From the IMG/VR virus record IMGVR_UViG_3300022723_000207, positions 89,185-153,184 of that record: a stretch of 64,000 bases of DNA, one strand, 5' to 3'. The position numbers and the translations under genes were made by a program. Position 1 is the stretch's first letter. The number at the start of each line of letters is the position of its first letter. This stretch comes from a virus. This document shows, piece after piece, positions 55,245 through 64,000 of the stretch. The notes under the pieces are model-generated. The model saw nothing but the letters and a program-made list of their open reading frames with translations. It was not told the origin of the DNA and ran no database searches.

Positions 55245-55970
55245 TCAGTCTTTATCATAAATAGTGATACCCAGTTCATAATTGGTGAATCTCTTGAATC
55301 TATCAACTTTAGATTCAGTAAGTTCTCCCTTAGTATAGGTGCTATCTGGTATTCTGCCTGTTTTCCGACCTAATCGGTTGTTGGTGTTACTAATGACAAC
55401 TACAAAATCGTTGGATAGTTGCTTGATCTTTTTCCATTTGTGGGCGAAATCCAAACTAGCGCCTTTACCGTTTGGCATGATATTAAATTCTTCAGAATAC
55501 CATCTACTTCTTCGTCTTTGTTTGACAGTATTGAATAGCTGGAAGAATCCAACTCCTATAGTGGTATTTCGAATGCGTTTCTTTCTTTTGTGGTCATATT
55601 TGTAGTCCTCTAGCTGCTCTGGAGCCATTTCCACTGATCTTAGGCCGTATAAGTTACTTCGATTTAATGAATCTGTATCTATATTCAAATTTGGAAGCCA
55701 GCAGTCGGCATCTAAGATTAGAGTCCAAGGCGTCTTAACTCTATGTAATGCTTGATTAATATAGTATCCTCTAACCCAATTTTGTGGTCTTTTGGATTTA
55801 ATGATAGTTAAGCCATATTGGTCACATAAACTGGCAGTTTTGAAGTCGTCATCGGCAGTAGAAATAACGATTTCTGCCGGATTGAACCTTAACCAGGACT
55901 CAACTATACGGTTCAGGTAGTCGTCAAAGTCTACACACGCAGCAATTATTGTGATGTTTTTATGACTCAT
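55245..55970 (-). CDS. glycosyltransferase GT-A fold
   Basis: RGYYIN, WTLILDAD, GFFQLF. Confidence 0.75.
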   Translation of the reverse strand: MSHKNITIIAACVDFDDYLNRIVESWLRFNPAEIVISTADDDFKTASLCDQYGLTIIKSKRPQNWVRGYYINQALHRVKTPWTLILDADCWLPNLNIDTDSLNRSNLYGLRSVEMAPEQLEDYKYDHKRKKRIRNTTIGVGFFQLFNTVKQRRRSRWYSEEFNIMPNGKGASLDFAHKWKKIKQLSNDFVVVISNTNNRLGRKTGRIPDSTYTKGELTESKVDRFKRFTNYELGITIYDKD

Positions 55971-56083
55971 AGGAGGAAATTTTCATCGATTATACCTTCT
56001 CTCTTCATGTCTTCGAATAATTCGTGTAAAATATCTATTTTTATAGAAATTTGAAGAGAGGAAAGTTAGAGATAAAATTAAAA

Positions 56084-56190
56084 ATGATTTTTGTAGAAAC
56101 AATGATATAAAATTGGTTCGTATTCCGTATTATAAGTTAAATTCAATCGACAAAATTTTGAATTCTGTGTTTTAACTGTCTGGTATATAT
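56084..56190 (+). pseudogene. C-terminal remnant of a PD-(D/E)XK homing endonuclease
   Basis: DFCRNNDIKLVRIPYY resembles the end of 57703-59331. Confidence 0.5.
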
Positions 56191-56194
56191 TAGA

Positions 56195-57283
56195 GTGCGT
56201 TTTATGCGTAATTTCGGAGATAATAAAACAATGCATCATAATACTAAGTTTATTTCTTATGGTCGAGAATTGCATCATTGCGCGTCTATTACTAAAAATA
56301 TAGATGGTTACTTCATTGCCAATTATATTGGCAAGGAATGCACTGATTTTCAGAGGGTTGTTATTGGATTTTTTGATAAACCGGCTGGTCATGTGATAGA
56401 CAGCACTGAGTTACATAACAAAACAGGAAATCCGATCGTATGGACATTTAAGGATCAAGCATACTTATTATATTCTTATTTTTCTGACTCAACTAAGGAC
56501 GGTTTACCGATAAGTTATGGTAGTAGACCAGTAGAACGTTGGAAAAATTGCACTAATCATCTTGCCAAAATTGATTTTGACGGTAATAAAGTAAAAGTTG
56601 AAGATGTTGGCATGATTAATGGAATGTACGGCCTTTTAGGTAGATGCCAACCGTTGATTGAAAAAGACAGAGTTCTTCTTCCATTATATAGAGAAGAAGA
56701 TCCACTATGTCAGATATGGAGCTTTGATGGTAGCGGTTTTAATAAATTGTCCGATTTTGGTGAACTAACCGCAGAACTTGCTGGCAGATTACCGGAAATT
56801 GGCATGACAACAGGATCGTTAGGTGCTGGTGTTGCAATTCAACCATCGTTGGTTTATCATAATGGGTCATATCATGCTTATTGTAGAAATGTGTGTAGAG
56901 CTATGAATAAAGAGTCCGATTTAAAGTTTACCGCTTGGGCCGCCAAGTCACCCAATTGTGAAGAATGGTCCCCAGTTAAACTTAGTGGTATTCCCAATCA
57001 CAATAATTCGTTGGCAGTTATTCATCGTAATTACGATGATGAAAAAGACGGCTTTGTGGTGTTTAACACTAATCGTTATCGAAATGACATGATTCTCTAT
57101 GGAATTAAGAATAAGATTAGTCTTAATCTGCAACATAACTTTAAGAGGTCTAGGCAGTCATTTAGTTATCCAAATTTAATGTGGGAAGATGATAGTTTAC
57201 ATGTTGTTCATACTAATTGCTATGGCATGATAGCGTGGCACTATTTTGATAAAGAATATATGATAGAGGCATTTGGTGCATAA
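56195..57283 (+). CDS. BNR/sialidase-like beta-propeller
   Basis: HCASI, GNPIV, LLPLY, IQPSL, SPNCEEW Asp-box, FSYP. Confidence 0.7.
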   Translation: MRFMRNFGDNKTMHHNTKFISYGRELHHCASITKNIDGYFIANYIGKECTDFQRVVIGFFDKPAGHVIDSTELHNKTGNPIVWTFKDQAYLLYSYFSDSTKDGLPISYGSRPVERWKNCTNHLAKIDFDGNKVKVEDVGMINGMYGLLGRCQPLIEKDRVLLPLYREEDPLCQIWSFDGSGFNKLSDFGELTAELAGRLPEIGMTTGSLGAGVAIQPSLVYHNGSYHAYCRNVCRAMNKESDLKFTAWAAKSPNCEEWSPVKLSGIPNHNNSLAVIHRNYDDEKDGFVVFNTNRYRNDMILYGIKNKISLNLQHNFKRSRQSFSYPNLMWEDDSLHVVHTNCYGMIAWHYFDKEYMIEAFGA

Positions 57284-57632
57284 ATATGCCAGGGCACTCC
57301 AGGAGATAATAAAAAAGCCTACGGAAGAGGCCGTGCGGCGCGTGGGAGTATCCGTAGGGGATCTGGTGTCTCGTAGCCTCGTCGTGCGCCAGAAGAGGGC
57401 AGAGAAACGGTATCTGGTACCAGAAGGAGCACCGTGCTGGGCGACTAGATTCCGGTATTCTCGCAAAAAGTATGGGATAGAAGAGCACACTAGTGAGAAG
57501 ACTATTCTTAAAATAACTGAACGTGGCCAGAGATATCTTAAGAGAGAATCTAAGAATGAGAAAGATAAGTCAGAGACTGATGACAAGCTAATAGTTGATA
57601 ATGGAAAATCAGACGAAAGAAGAATTGATTAG
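57273..57632 (+). CDS. hypothetical basic protein
   Basis: 119-aa ORF. Confidence 0.45.
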   Translation: MVHKYARALQEIIKKPTEEAVRRVGVSVGDLVSRSLVVRQKRAEKRYLVPEGAPCWATRFRYSRKKYGIEEHTSEKTILKITERGQRYLKRESKNEKDKSETDDKLIVDNGKSDERRID

Positions 57633-57702
57633 GGTTAATACTAAGTTGGCCGAAGATTTAAGAGACAGAGCTAACTAGAAGTCGAATTTTCGGCAAGAAG
57701 GA

Positions 57703-59331
57703 TTAAATGATCCCATGATCTGATAATATACTTTTAATATCACCAATTTGTTTATATGATATCCTTATTAGATTTATGCTATTTATTAGACAGAATTTGT
57801 TCTTGATTAAATCTCTGCGTTGTGCTCTTTCGAATGCTTCACTACCACCAAATATATCAACTGGTTGGAAATGCTGGATCCCATCAAACTCTATTATTGT
57901 ATTACAATCATTTAAATAAAAATCGAATTTTAGGCGGTGCCTGTCCTTACACTTATCGAATGACTTTTGTGTTTCAAAATTTATTTGGTGTTTTTCTAAT
58001 ATCGACCTTACTTCCCTTTCCCCTCTGCTTTCTAAGCATTTTGGGCATCCTGATCCCCTTAGATGGTGCGTTGGTGATTGATTGAAATCACCGTGTTCTT
58101 TGCATGTTATTGTTACTTTCTTGACTCTATCATGATACTCGACTTTAGAATAGTCATAGCAATCACCATGAGTTTTAGTTGATTTCTTGATAAATTCTTC
58201 TGTGTTACTTCTTAGTTTGGATGTAACATTTGATGCAGCACAAAATGGACATCCTAATGATTTTAAATGGTCGCTTGGTTTTTGTTTAAATTCTCCGTGT
58301 TTTGGGCATACTATTGTTACTGGTGTCTTGTTATTAATATAATTGGTTTTGGAATAATCGTACTTGTTATTGTGAATAGATGATGCTTGGTGTATAAACT
58401 GTGAGAGTGATTTTTTAATCGGCTTGTTACAGTTTTTGCATCCATGTCCTTGAAGGTGTGAGAATGGAGTTATTAAGAAATCTCCATGGGTCTTGCATGT
58501 TATGATTGTTTTGGTTCTGGTATTTTTATATGAAGATTTTGAATAATCATACTTGTTGCTGTGAATGCGATTTGCTTTTTTGATGAATTCTTCTAACTTC
58601 AGTGGATTTAAAGAACATTTTGAACAGCCATGCCCAGAATAATGTGAATATGGTGTTTGCCAGAATGATCCGTGTGTCGGACATATTATTTCAACTTTTG
58701 TTCTGTTATTTTTATAATGAACCTTTGAATAGCTATACTTGCCGTTATGGGCTGCGTTAGACTTCTTGATAAATGCTGATGTTTTATTGTCGTATGTTGG
58801 TTCTTTTGATGCTTGTTGTATTTTGAGTATTTTGTGTTTTTGAATGAGCCATCTAATTGAGTCGCAGGATACTCCGTATTTTTGGGATATTTTGGATATG
58901 CTAAGGTCCAGATCAGTGTATAGATGTTGTATCATATTTTTAAATTCAAATTCGTTTTTAAATCCACATTTTAAATGTAATGGATTTCGTGTATTAATGC
59001 CTAAATCATTGCATAATCTCATTACCGTATGTCTGCTACATCTTAATATTTTAGCTATCTCAGATTGTGATTTGTTTTCTTTATAAGACCATTTTATTAG
59101 TGATGTGGCTAGGTCTTCCAGTGATTTGAAGCCATATAAGTTAACGTATTTAGAGGGATTTTTGTCGACTGTGATACTATGTTTCTTGAATAATCTTGAA
59201 ACTGTGGGCCTGCTACACTGTAGTTTTTTAGCTATTTCGGATAGCGGCAACTTTTGTTGGTGGTGGAGGAATCTTAAATAGCTTTCGATTTCGTTATCTA
59301 ACATCTGAGAGTATAATTTTACTGTTTGCAT
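57703..59331 (-). CDS. free-standing homing endonuclease: HTH repeats, four Zn-finger repeats, PD-(D/E)XK domain
   Basis: repeated YDYSK..IxCxxHGxF..GCxxC; SRGE, FDFYL, IEFDGIQHF. Confidence 0.85.
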   Translation of the reverse strand: MQTVKLYSQMLDNEIESYLRFLHHQQKLPLSEIAKKLQCSRPTVSRLFKKHSITVDKNPSKYVNLYGFKSLEDLATSLIKWSYKENKSQSEIAKILRCSRHTVMRLCNDLGINTRNPLHLKCGFKNEFEFKNMIQHLYTDLDLSISKISQKYGVSCDSIRWLIQKHKILKIQQASKEPTYDNKTSAFIKKSNAAHNGKYSYSKVHYKNNRTKVEIICPTHGSFWQTPYSHYSGHGCSKCSLNPLKLEEFIKKANRIHSNKYDYSKSSYKNTRTKTIITCKTHGDFLITPFSHLQGHGCKNCNKPIKKSLSQFIHQASSIHNNKYDYSKTNYINNKTPVTIVCPKHGEFKQKPSDHLKSLGCPFCAASNVTSKLRSNTEEFIKKSTKTHGDCYDYSKVEYHDRVKKVTITCKEHGDFNQSPTHHLRGSGCPKCLESRGEREVRSILEKHQINFETQKSFDKCKDRHRLKFDFYLNDCNTIIEFDGIQHFQPVDIFGGSEAFERAQRRDLIKNKFCLINSINLIRISYKQIGDIKSILSDHGII

Positions 59332-59439
59332 TTGGAGTCCTGTTGTATTTTTGATTCAGATTAAATACAAAATATGACCACTAGGAAAACATAAAGTAAC
59401 AACCAATAAGCCATTTGGCTTGAATCAAGGAGATTACTA

Positions 59440-59871
59440 ATGGCATCACAGCCCGCAAATACCCAAATTTCTGTGAGAAGGACTATTAGGACTAGAGTAG
59501 AACGCGGCTTGTTCGACTCCATTAAGGAGCATGTACAGCGCCTTGGTGAGCAGGTAGTCATCGCTCCTGGTGAGGAGATTGATGTCTATTTCAAGCTCGA
59601 CGAGAATGGCACCAATGCTCCTGGTCCTAACCCAGCATGGCGTTTCGGTATGCCGGTTACTGTCAATCTTCGTACTCGCGACTCTGTTGGCACCATGCTA
59701 TCCGACTTGGATAGTGACGCAGACGCCGCCAACTACGACTTCACCAAGCAGATGGTTGGCACCCGTCACGATCGCTTCTTGCACGCCCTTGAGGCTGAGG
59801 CTGATGCTGACATCCATGAGGATGTGCGCCGTAACAGCCCGGTTCCTCGCGGTCTGCACGAGTTGGTCTAA
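59440..59871 (+). CDS. hypothetical protein, possibly structural
   Basis: GGAG SD; followed by a strong hairpin. Confidence 0.65.
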   Translation: MASQPANTQISVRRTIRTRVERGLFDSIKEHVQRLGEQVVIAPGEEIDVYFKLDENGTNAPGPNPAWRFGMPVTVNLRTRDSVGTMLSDLDSDADAANYDFTKQMVGTRHDRFLHALEAEADADIHEDVRRNSPVPRGLHELV

Positions 59872-59895
59872 AGACCTGCTAACCTTCGGGTTAAT

Positions 59896-59927
59896 GGTTT
59901 CCCCGTCCAATTGTGGGCGGGGAAACC
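59896..59927. terminator. strong stem-loop after 59440-59871
   Basis: GGTTTCCCCGTCCA-ATTG-TGGGCGGGGAAACC. Confidence 0.6.
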
Positions 59928-59947
59928 TGTATCCGCAAATATAACAT

Positions 59948-60547
59948 ATGACAGCTCTCACTACGCATATTCTTGGCAATAGCGGCATAACACGCGGCAA
60001 TGTGTTTGCACCCTTTACCGTGTATGCTCGTTTTCAGCAGACCGACTCTAATACTTTTTCTGGTAATCGCTGGGATAAGTGGAGGGCTGAACAATATACT
60101 GCCGGTTTAATTGAACGGTCTCTTCGTACGTTAGTGGAAGAAGGCCCTACTAGTGGCACAGAAGATGATTTTGAGTTGTATATTGCTTTTCCAATTGCTT
60201 TCACTAGACAGTTTGGTCAGGATCCAGCCCATATTACTATTTCTGGTCGCTATCGTGGATCTGCTAAGGAAATCGATACATCCGGTGAAGAGCCGCATTT
60301 CCCACCCAAAAAGACAGCGGCGAATGTAAATCAGATTAATACTAATGAGGTGCGGACAGGACAAGGTGCATTTAATTCAGCTAATTTAGATCCTAATGAC
60401 ACTGTGCGTCAGTTTGCAGTACAGATCAGAGATCTATTTAGCGATGGTACTTTAATTCCATTCATTGATCGAGTAGAGGTCATTGCAGTTGAGGTATTTG
60501 GTATTCGCTATGGTAGGAGAGGAAGACACTTCTCACCATCGGCATAA
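59948..60547 (+). CDS. hypothetical protein, possibly structural
   Basis: AAATATA-N4-ATG upstream. Confidence 0.65.
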   Translation: MTALTTHILGNSGITRGNVFAPFTVYARFQQTDSNTFSGNRWDKWRAEQYTAGLIERSLRTLVEEGPTSGTEDDFELYIAFPIAFTRQFGQDPAHITISGRYRGSAKEIDTSGEEPHFPPKKTAANVNQINTNEVRTGQGAFNSANLDPNDTVRQFAVQIRDLFSDGTLIPFIDRVEVIAVEVFGIRYGRRGRHFSPSA

Positions 60548-60561
60548 CTCAAAGCTAATTT

Positions 60562-62178
60562 ATGCCAGTTTCTAGTGGTTCCTTTACTGTTGGTAGTGGT
60601 GGTGATTATGCTACTATTAGCGCTGCTTTAGGTGATACGACGGCAACTCTTACGGGTGATTTGACTTTTACTATCATTAGTAATATTGTTCAATCAACCA
60701 TCACTAGTTTTCCTAATAATTTTAATCCAGATGGCAATACTTTCAGATTAACGGCAGATACGAGTCATGATGGAGACCCTACTGCTGGTCGCATTGTTAG
60801 TTGGACTGCTTCCACAGATATGAATATTGAATGGGATGGAAGTGCCACTGGCACAATTGAGATTGATAATTTTGTAGTAAGGATTCCTTCTTCCGCTGGT
60901 GGCACTGCAAGAATTTTTTCTGTATCTCCTTCTATAGGTACGCCCAGAGATGGCGCTGTTACTTTTAAACTTCACGATGTTTGTTGTCGTACGGATGATG
61001 TCGCAGATCTTTTCCGTGAATGGATCAGACTTAATTCTGGAACGGATGGCGGCTATTCTCCAGATGACATTTTAGTTATTTATAATATGAAGTTAGGCAA
61101 CTGGGAAGAATATGCCTTTTATGTAGATTTGGGTGTAGGTAGAGATGCGGGAACGATTATATTTGAGAATATTTCTGCGTATGCTGATGGAGCGAGTTCA
61201 GTTACTCCAAATGGCTATTTGATTAATCATAATGGATCTGGAACAGTTACTGTTCGGAATTGCTATTTTGGTGGTAGTGCTGATGATGGTGGCATGGATA
61301 TGCCAGCAGCTACTGGTGCTGGCGCTGTCATTTTTGAGAATTGTGCCACTAAGGATGCTTCAGCTAAGGGAACAGGTGCTGTAACTAGTGTCCCTGATTC
61401 AGATTTTACATCCATTACTCCATCTAATTCAGGATTCCTGGCTCTTGTTGCGAATTCTGATTTGGAAGATGCTGGCGCAACTCCAGAGTATTCTATCGTT
61501 GGAATTAATGATGTTGGCATTTCTGGCGGCATAAGAGATATTGGTGCAGAAGAATTTGAGCAGAGTGATAGCTCAGAGTCTAGTGTGTCTGGTGTTGAAC
61601 CTTCTTCATCTTCTAGCTCTGATGATAGTGATAGTTCTGATAGTGCCACTAGTTCTAATTCTAGTATTTCTGATGATAGCTCTAGTCCTAGTTCTGATAG
61701 CTCTAGTCCTAGTTCTGATAGCTCTAGTCCTAGTTCCAGTTCTAATTCCAGTATTTCTGATGATAGTAATAGCTCTATTTCTGATAGCTCTTTATCGAGT
61801 GTTTCAGAATCATCATTTTCTACTTCTAGCGTTTTGGGACAAAGTGAATCTTCATTGCCATCTATACAAAGTAGTAGTTCATCTTCAAGTTCCGTTATTA
61901 TAGAACCTGACCCAAGAATTAGAGGATTGGTTGATAGGAGAGGGCCACGGTTTGTGCCAACTATTGATAGACGAGTTGGAGTCTCAACCGCTATCAATAT
62001 TAGAGTTGGATCAGTTGTGATGTTTAATGGTCAACGCAGGGTCGTTCAATATGTTAATTTTAGTCTGTCTGGGAGAGATACGATTCAAGTTCCAGGAGCC
62101 AGATATGTTACTAGTATCAACCTGGGAGGCCAATACACAAAAGTGCCTCTTGACCAAATAACCGTTGTTAAATTTTAG
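60562..62178 (+). CDS. putative virion protein: beta-helix-like N-terminus, Ser-rich linker, small C-terminal domain
   Basis: TVGSGGDYATISAA, DIGAEEF; ~110-aa poly-Ser/Asp tract. Confidence 0.7.
   Translation: MPVSSGSFTVGSGGDYATISAALGDTTATLTGDLTFTIISNIVQSTITSFPNNFNPDGNTFRLTADTSHDGDPTAGRIVSWTASTDMNIEWDGSATGTIEIDNFVVRIPSSAGGTARIFSVSPSIGTPRDGAVTFKLHDVCCRTDDVADLFREWIRLNSGTDGGYSPDDILVIYNMKLGNWEEYAFYVDLGVGRDAGTIIFENISAYADGASSVTPNGYLINHNGSGTVTVRNCYFGGSADDGGMDMPAATGAGAVIFENCATKDASAKGTGAVTSVPDSDFTSITPSNSGFLALVANSDLEDAGATPEYSIVGINDVGISGGIRDIGAEEFEQSDSSESSVSGVEPSSSSSSDDSDSSDSATSSNSSISDDSSSPSSDSSSPSSDSSSPSSSSNSSISDDSNSSISDSSLSSVSESSFSTSSVLGQSESSLPSIQSSSSSSSSVIIEPDPRIRGLVDRRGPRFVPTIDRRVGVSTAINIRVGSVVMFNGQRRVVQYVNFSLSGRDTIQVPGARYVTSINLGGQYTKVPLDQITVVKF
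61675..61737 (+). repeat. 21-bp tandem repeat x3 encoding DSSSPSS
   Basis: GATAGCTCTAGTCCTAGTTC(T/C) x3. Confidence 0.9.
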
Positions 62179-62881
62179 CATATGGATTTTTTCTACTGAA
62201 ATCATCCCATATTTCTTGATACAGTAGCCTATTATCAGTTTTGAAATTGTTGTTTACTGATTCTGAAGTGTTCCAATAATATCTTTCGCCGTCTAATAGA
62301 TAAACTTTTTCTCTTAGCATTTCTGAAACGCATGCGTATATGATGCCATCATTTAATACTGGAATCCAATTGTCGTTATATTTAAGATCATTGTCGTTTA
62401 TTGCTTTAATGTATTTAGCTCTTGTGGATCTAATACCCTGAAAATGAAATCCGAATCGTAATGCTCGTATGTCGCCAGAGCGCACAATGTCTATCGGCGC
62501 TATTTGTTCAGCTATCCCTCTTATTGTAGTTACCAATCCGCCATAAGTCATCTCAAACCCGTCTTGATGTACCTTAGCAATGTCTTTTAATTGGTGGTTA
62601 TTTAGCAGCCAATCGTCGGCGTCAACTCTTACTACATAATCGTCATCATCACATTGGTGGATTAATTTTCTAAAATTGACTGTCATGCCCTGGCGAGTTT
62701 TATTGCGGTATATTTTTAGTTTGGGGTGATTTTCGTATTCAGATGGATCAAAATGATCACTAGCGTCATCAAGATACAAAACTTCGAAGTCATCCCAGTC
62801 CTGGTTCAAGAGTGAGTCTAAGCATGATTTTAGCCACTGTTGAGCGTTTCTGCCGCAGGTTATGAATTTAAATCGAGGCAT
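62168..62881 (-). CDS. glycosyltransferase family 2
   Basis: CLDSLLNQ, LDDASD, VDADDWL. Confidence 0.88.
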   Translation of the reverse strand: MPRFKFITCGRNAQQWLKSCLDSLLNQDWDDFEVLYLDDASDHFDPSEYENHPKLKIYRNKTRQGMTVNFRKLIHQCDDDDYVVRVDADDWLLNNHQLKDIAKVHQDGFEMTYGGLVTTIRGIAEQIAPIDIVRSGDIRALRFGFHFQGIRSTRAKYIKAINDNDLKYNDNWIPVLNDGIIYACVSEMLREKVYLLDGERYYWNTSESVNNNFKTDNRLLYQEIWDDFSRKNPYAKI

Positions 62882-63524
62882 TTATCTTAAACCTTTTTAT
62901 TTTGGGTCCAAAGTGTCTAGTCTGTTTACCATTCCAATTTTTGGCCACGCGGCCTAAATGATATACATCAAGATCTAGCATCTCTTGCATCATCGGATGC
63001 CACCTGTCAGAAAACTCAACATCAATTGATGCAGCTCCGGGCCTTTCTTGAAGCATTTTGCTAGCCAAACTGCTAGCTTGAAATAACTGGAAATAACCTA
63101 TGATAGCGTCTTTTCTTCTGCGTTCTTTTCGTAGCACTGAGTAATCGTTACCGATATAGAATTTTCTGAAATCTCTGTATCTGCCCAATATCTTTCTGTT
63201 TGCTCCGTATAATCTTTTGGGATGGAGATTTTTGTTTTCTAAAAATTCTCTGGTTTTGTATGGCAGTATGATATCAGGATCAATGAACAATATCCAGTCT
63301 GGGTTATCTAGGCTTTCTAACCCAGCGTTCATCATTCGACCCTTGTTGAAGTCGCCATCTAAAGTTAGACATTTTATGCTATATTGGCTGCAAATAGTTG
63401 GTGTTTCATCGTCACCGTTTAGAGTTATTATAGTCCAATCATCAAAGATATGTTTGTTGGTTTTTGCTGTAATTGACAGAGTGTCACTGTAGTTGAATGA
63501 CACTGATATGGCTGAAATCTTCAT
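62868..63524 (-). CDS. glycosyltransferase GT-A fold (paralog of 55245-55970)
   Basis: FNKGRMMN, WILFIDPD, IGYFQLF. Confidence 0.78.
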   Translation of the reverse strand: MKISAISVSFNYSDTLSITAKTNKHIFDDWTIITLNGDDETPTICSQYSIKCLTLDGDFNKGRMMNAGLESLDNPDWILFIDPDIILPYKTREFLENKNLHPKRLYGANRKILGRYRDFRKFYIGNDYSVLRKERRRKDAIIGYFQLFQASSLASKMLQERPGAASIDVEFSDRWHPMMQEMLDLDVYHLGRVAKNWNGKQTRHFGPKIKRFKINASI

Positions 63525-63539
63525 GATAAAATATATTTC

Positions 63540-64000
63540 ATGGCACTAATACATATAAGGATACCTAAGCTTGATGTAATTGCAGCTGAGGTTATCAGAG
63601 AAAAAGTTTATATTACCAGAGAATGCTATTTCGATTCTGTTGAAGATGCTGCAGAATTTTATGGGGTTGACCCTAATGTTATTAGAATTCAGCCCGCTCC
63701 AGGTTTGAAGTATAAAAAGTATTTGCCACTGAGGAATGCTGGCATTAATCCAAGAGAGACAGCAAGTAAATTGCTGATTTTATGTAATATTGACCCATCT
63801 AGTGAGACAATTGAAGAGATAGGGTCGAGTAGTAGTGAATCATCGGATAGCTCTGAGGTAACTAGTCAGACTTCTGCTAGCTCAGGGTCATCATCTACTA
63901 TAAGTAGTGAGTCATCGATATCTTCACTAAGCAGTGACGTTTCTAGTTCATCTAGTTCTGATTTATCTAGTGAATCTACTATAAGTAGTGAGTCATCGAT
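63540..64000 (+). CDS. Ser-rich protein, runs off the window end
   Basis: open frame MALIHIRIPK...SSSESSDSSEVTSQTSASS; AAATATA-N4-ATG. Confidence 0.7.
   Translation, partial: MALIHIRIPKLDVIAAEVIREKVYITRECYFDSVEDAAEFYGVDPNVIRIQPAPGLKYKKYLPLRNAGINPRETASKLLILCNIDPSSETIEEIGSSSSESSDSSEVTSQTSASSGSSSTISSESSISSLSSDVSSSSSSDLSSESTISSESS

Noticed and set aside
1-64000. Stop-codon reassignment
   Set aside because: Recognisable genes are full length in code 11, all three stops are used, and no suppressor tRNA was found.

Overview
This is a 64 kb segment of a large, T4-like (probably jumbo) myophage genome. It is AT-rich and densely coding, mostly on the + strand. Left part (1-18 kb): nucleotide and ADP-ribose handling genes (RlaP-like nucleotidyltransferase, NADAR, HD, ADP-ribosylglycohydrolase, 5'-nucleotidase, MazG-like, dTMP kinase), a DUF2589 pair, and a divergent TROVE/vWA plus ARPP-1-like gene pair. 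Centre (18-43.5 kb): a dispersed RNA region with about 23 tRNA genes (one tRNA-Lys split by a group I intron), a tmRNA, several atypical tRNA-like or structured RNAs, GroES, a cold-shock protein, PagL-like and HiPIP-like genes, and a decayed IS607/TnpB element. Right part (46-64 kb): tape measure and baseplate genes, glycosyltransferases, a sialidase-like gene, a homing endonuclease and Ser-rich putative virion proteins. Two observations stand out. (1) A tandem array of five ncRNA cassettes (18361-19095) shares a covarying scaffold but carries tRNA modules opened at different points (none, acceptor end, D-loop, anticodon), near the TROVE/vWA gene; this is a candidate new Y-RNA-like RNP system. 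(2) Two leader-peptide attenuators sit upstream of tRNA clusters, and their leader codons match the downstream tRNAs (QQHQHQ before tRNA-Gln/Gln/His; D/E/G-rich before tRNA-Asp/Glu/Gly); these are candidate sensors that induce phage tRNAs when the matching tRNAs are depleted. All family assignments come from motif recognition by eye, with no database searches.
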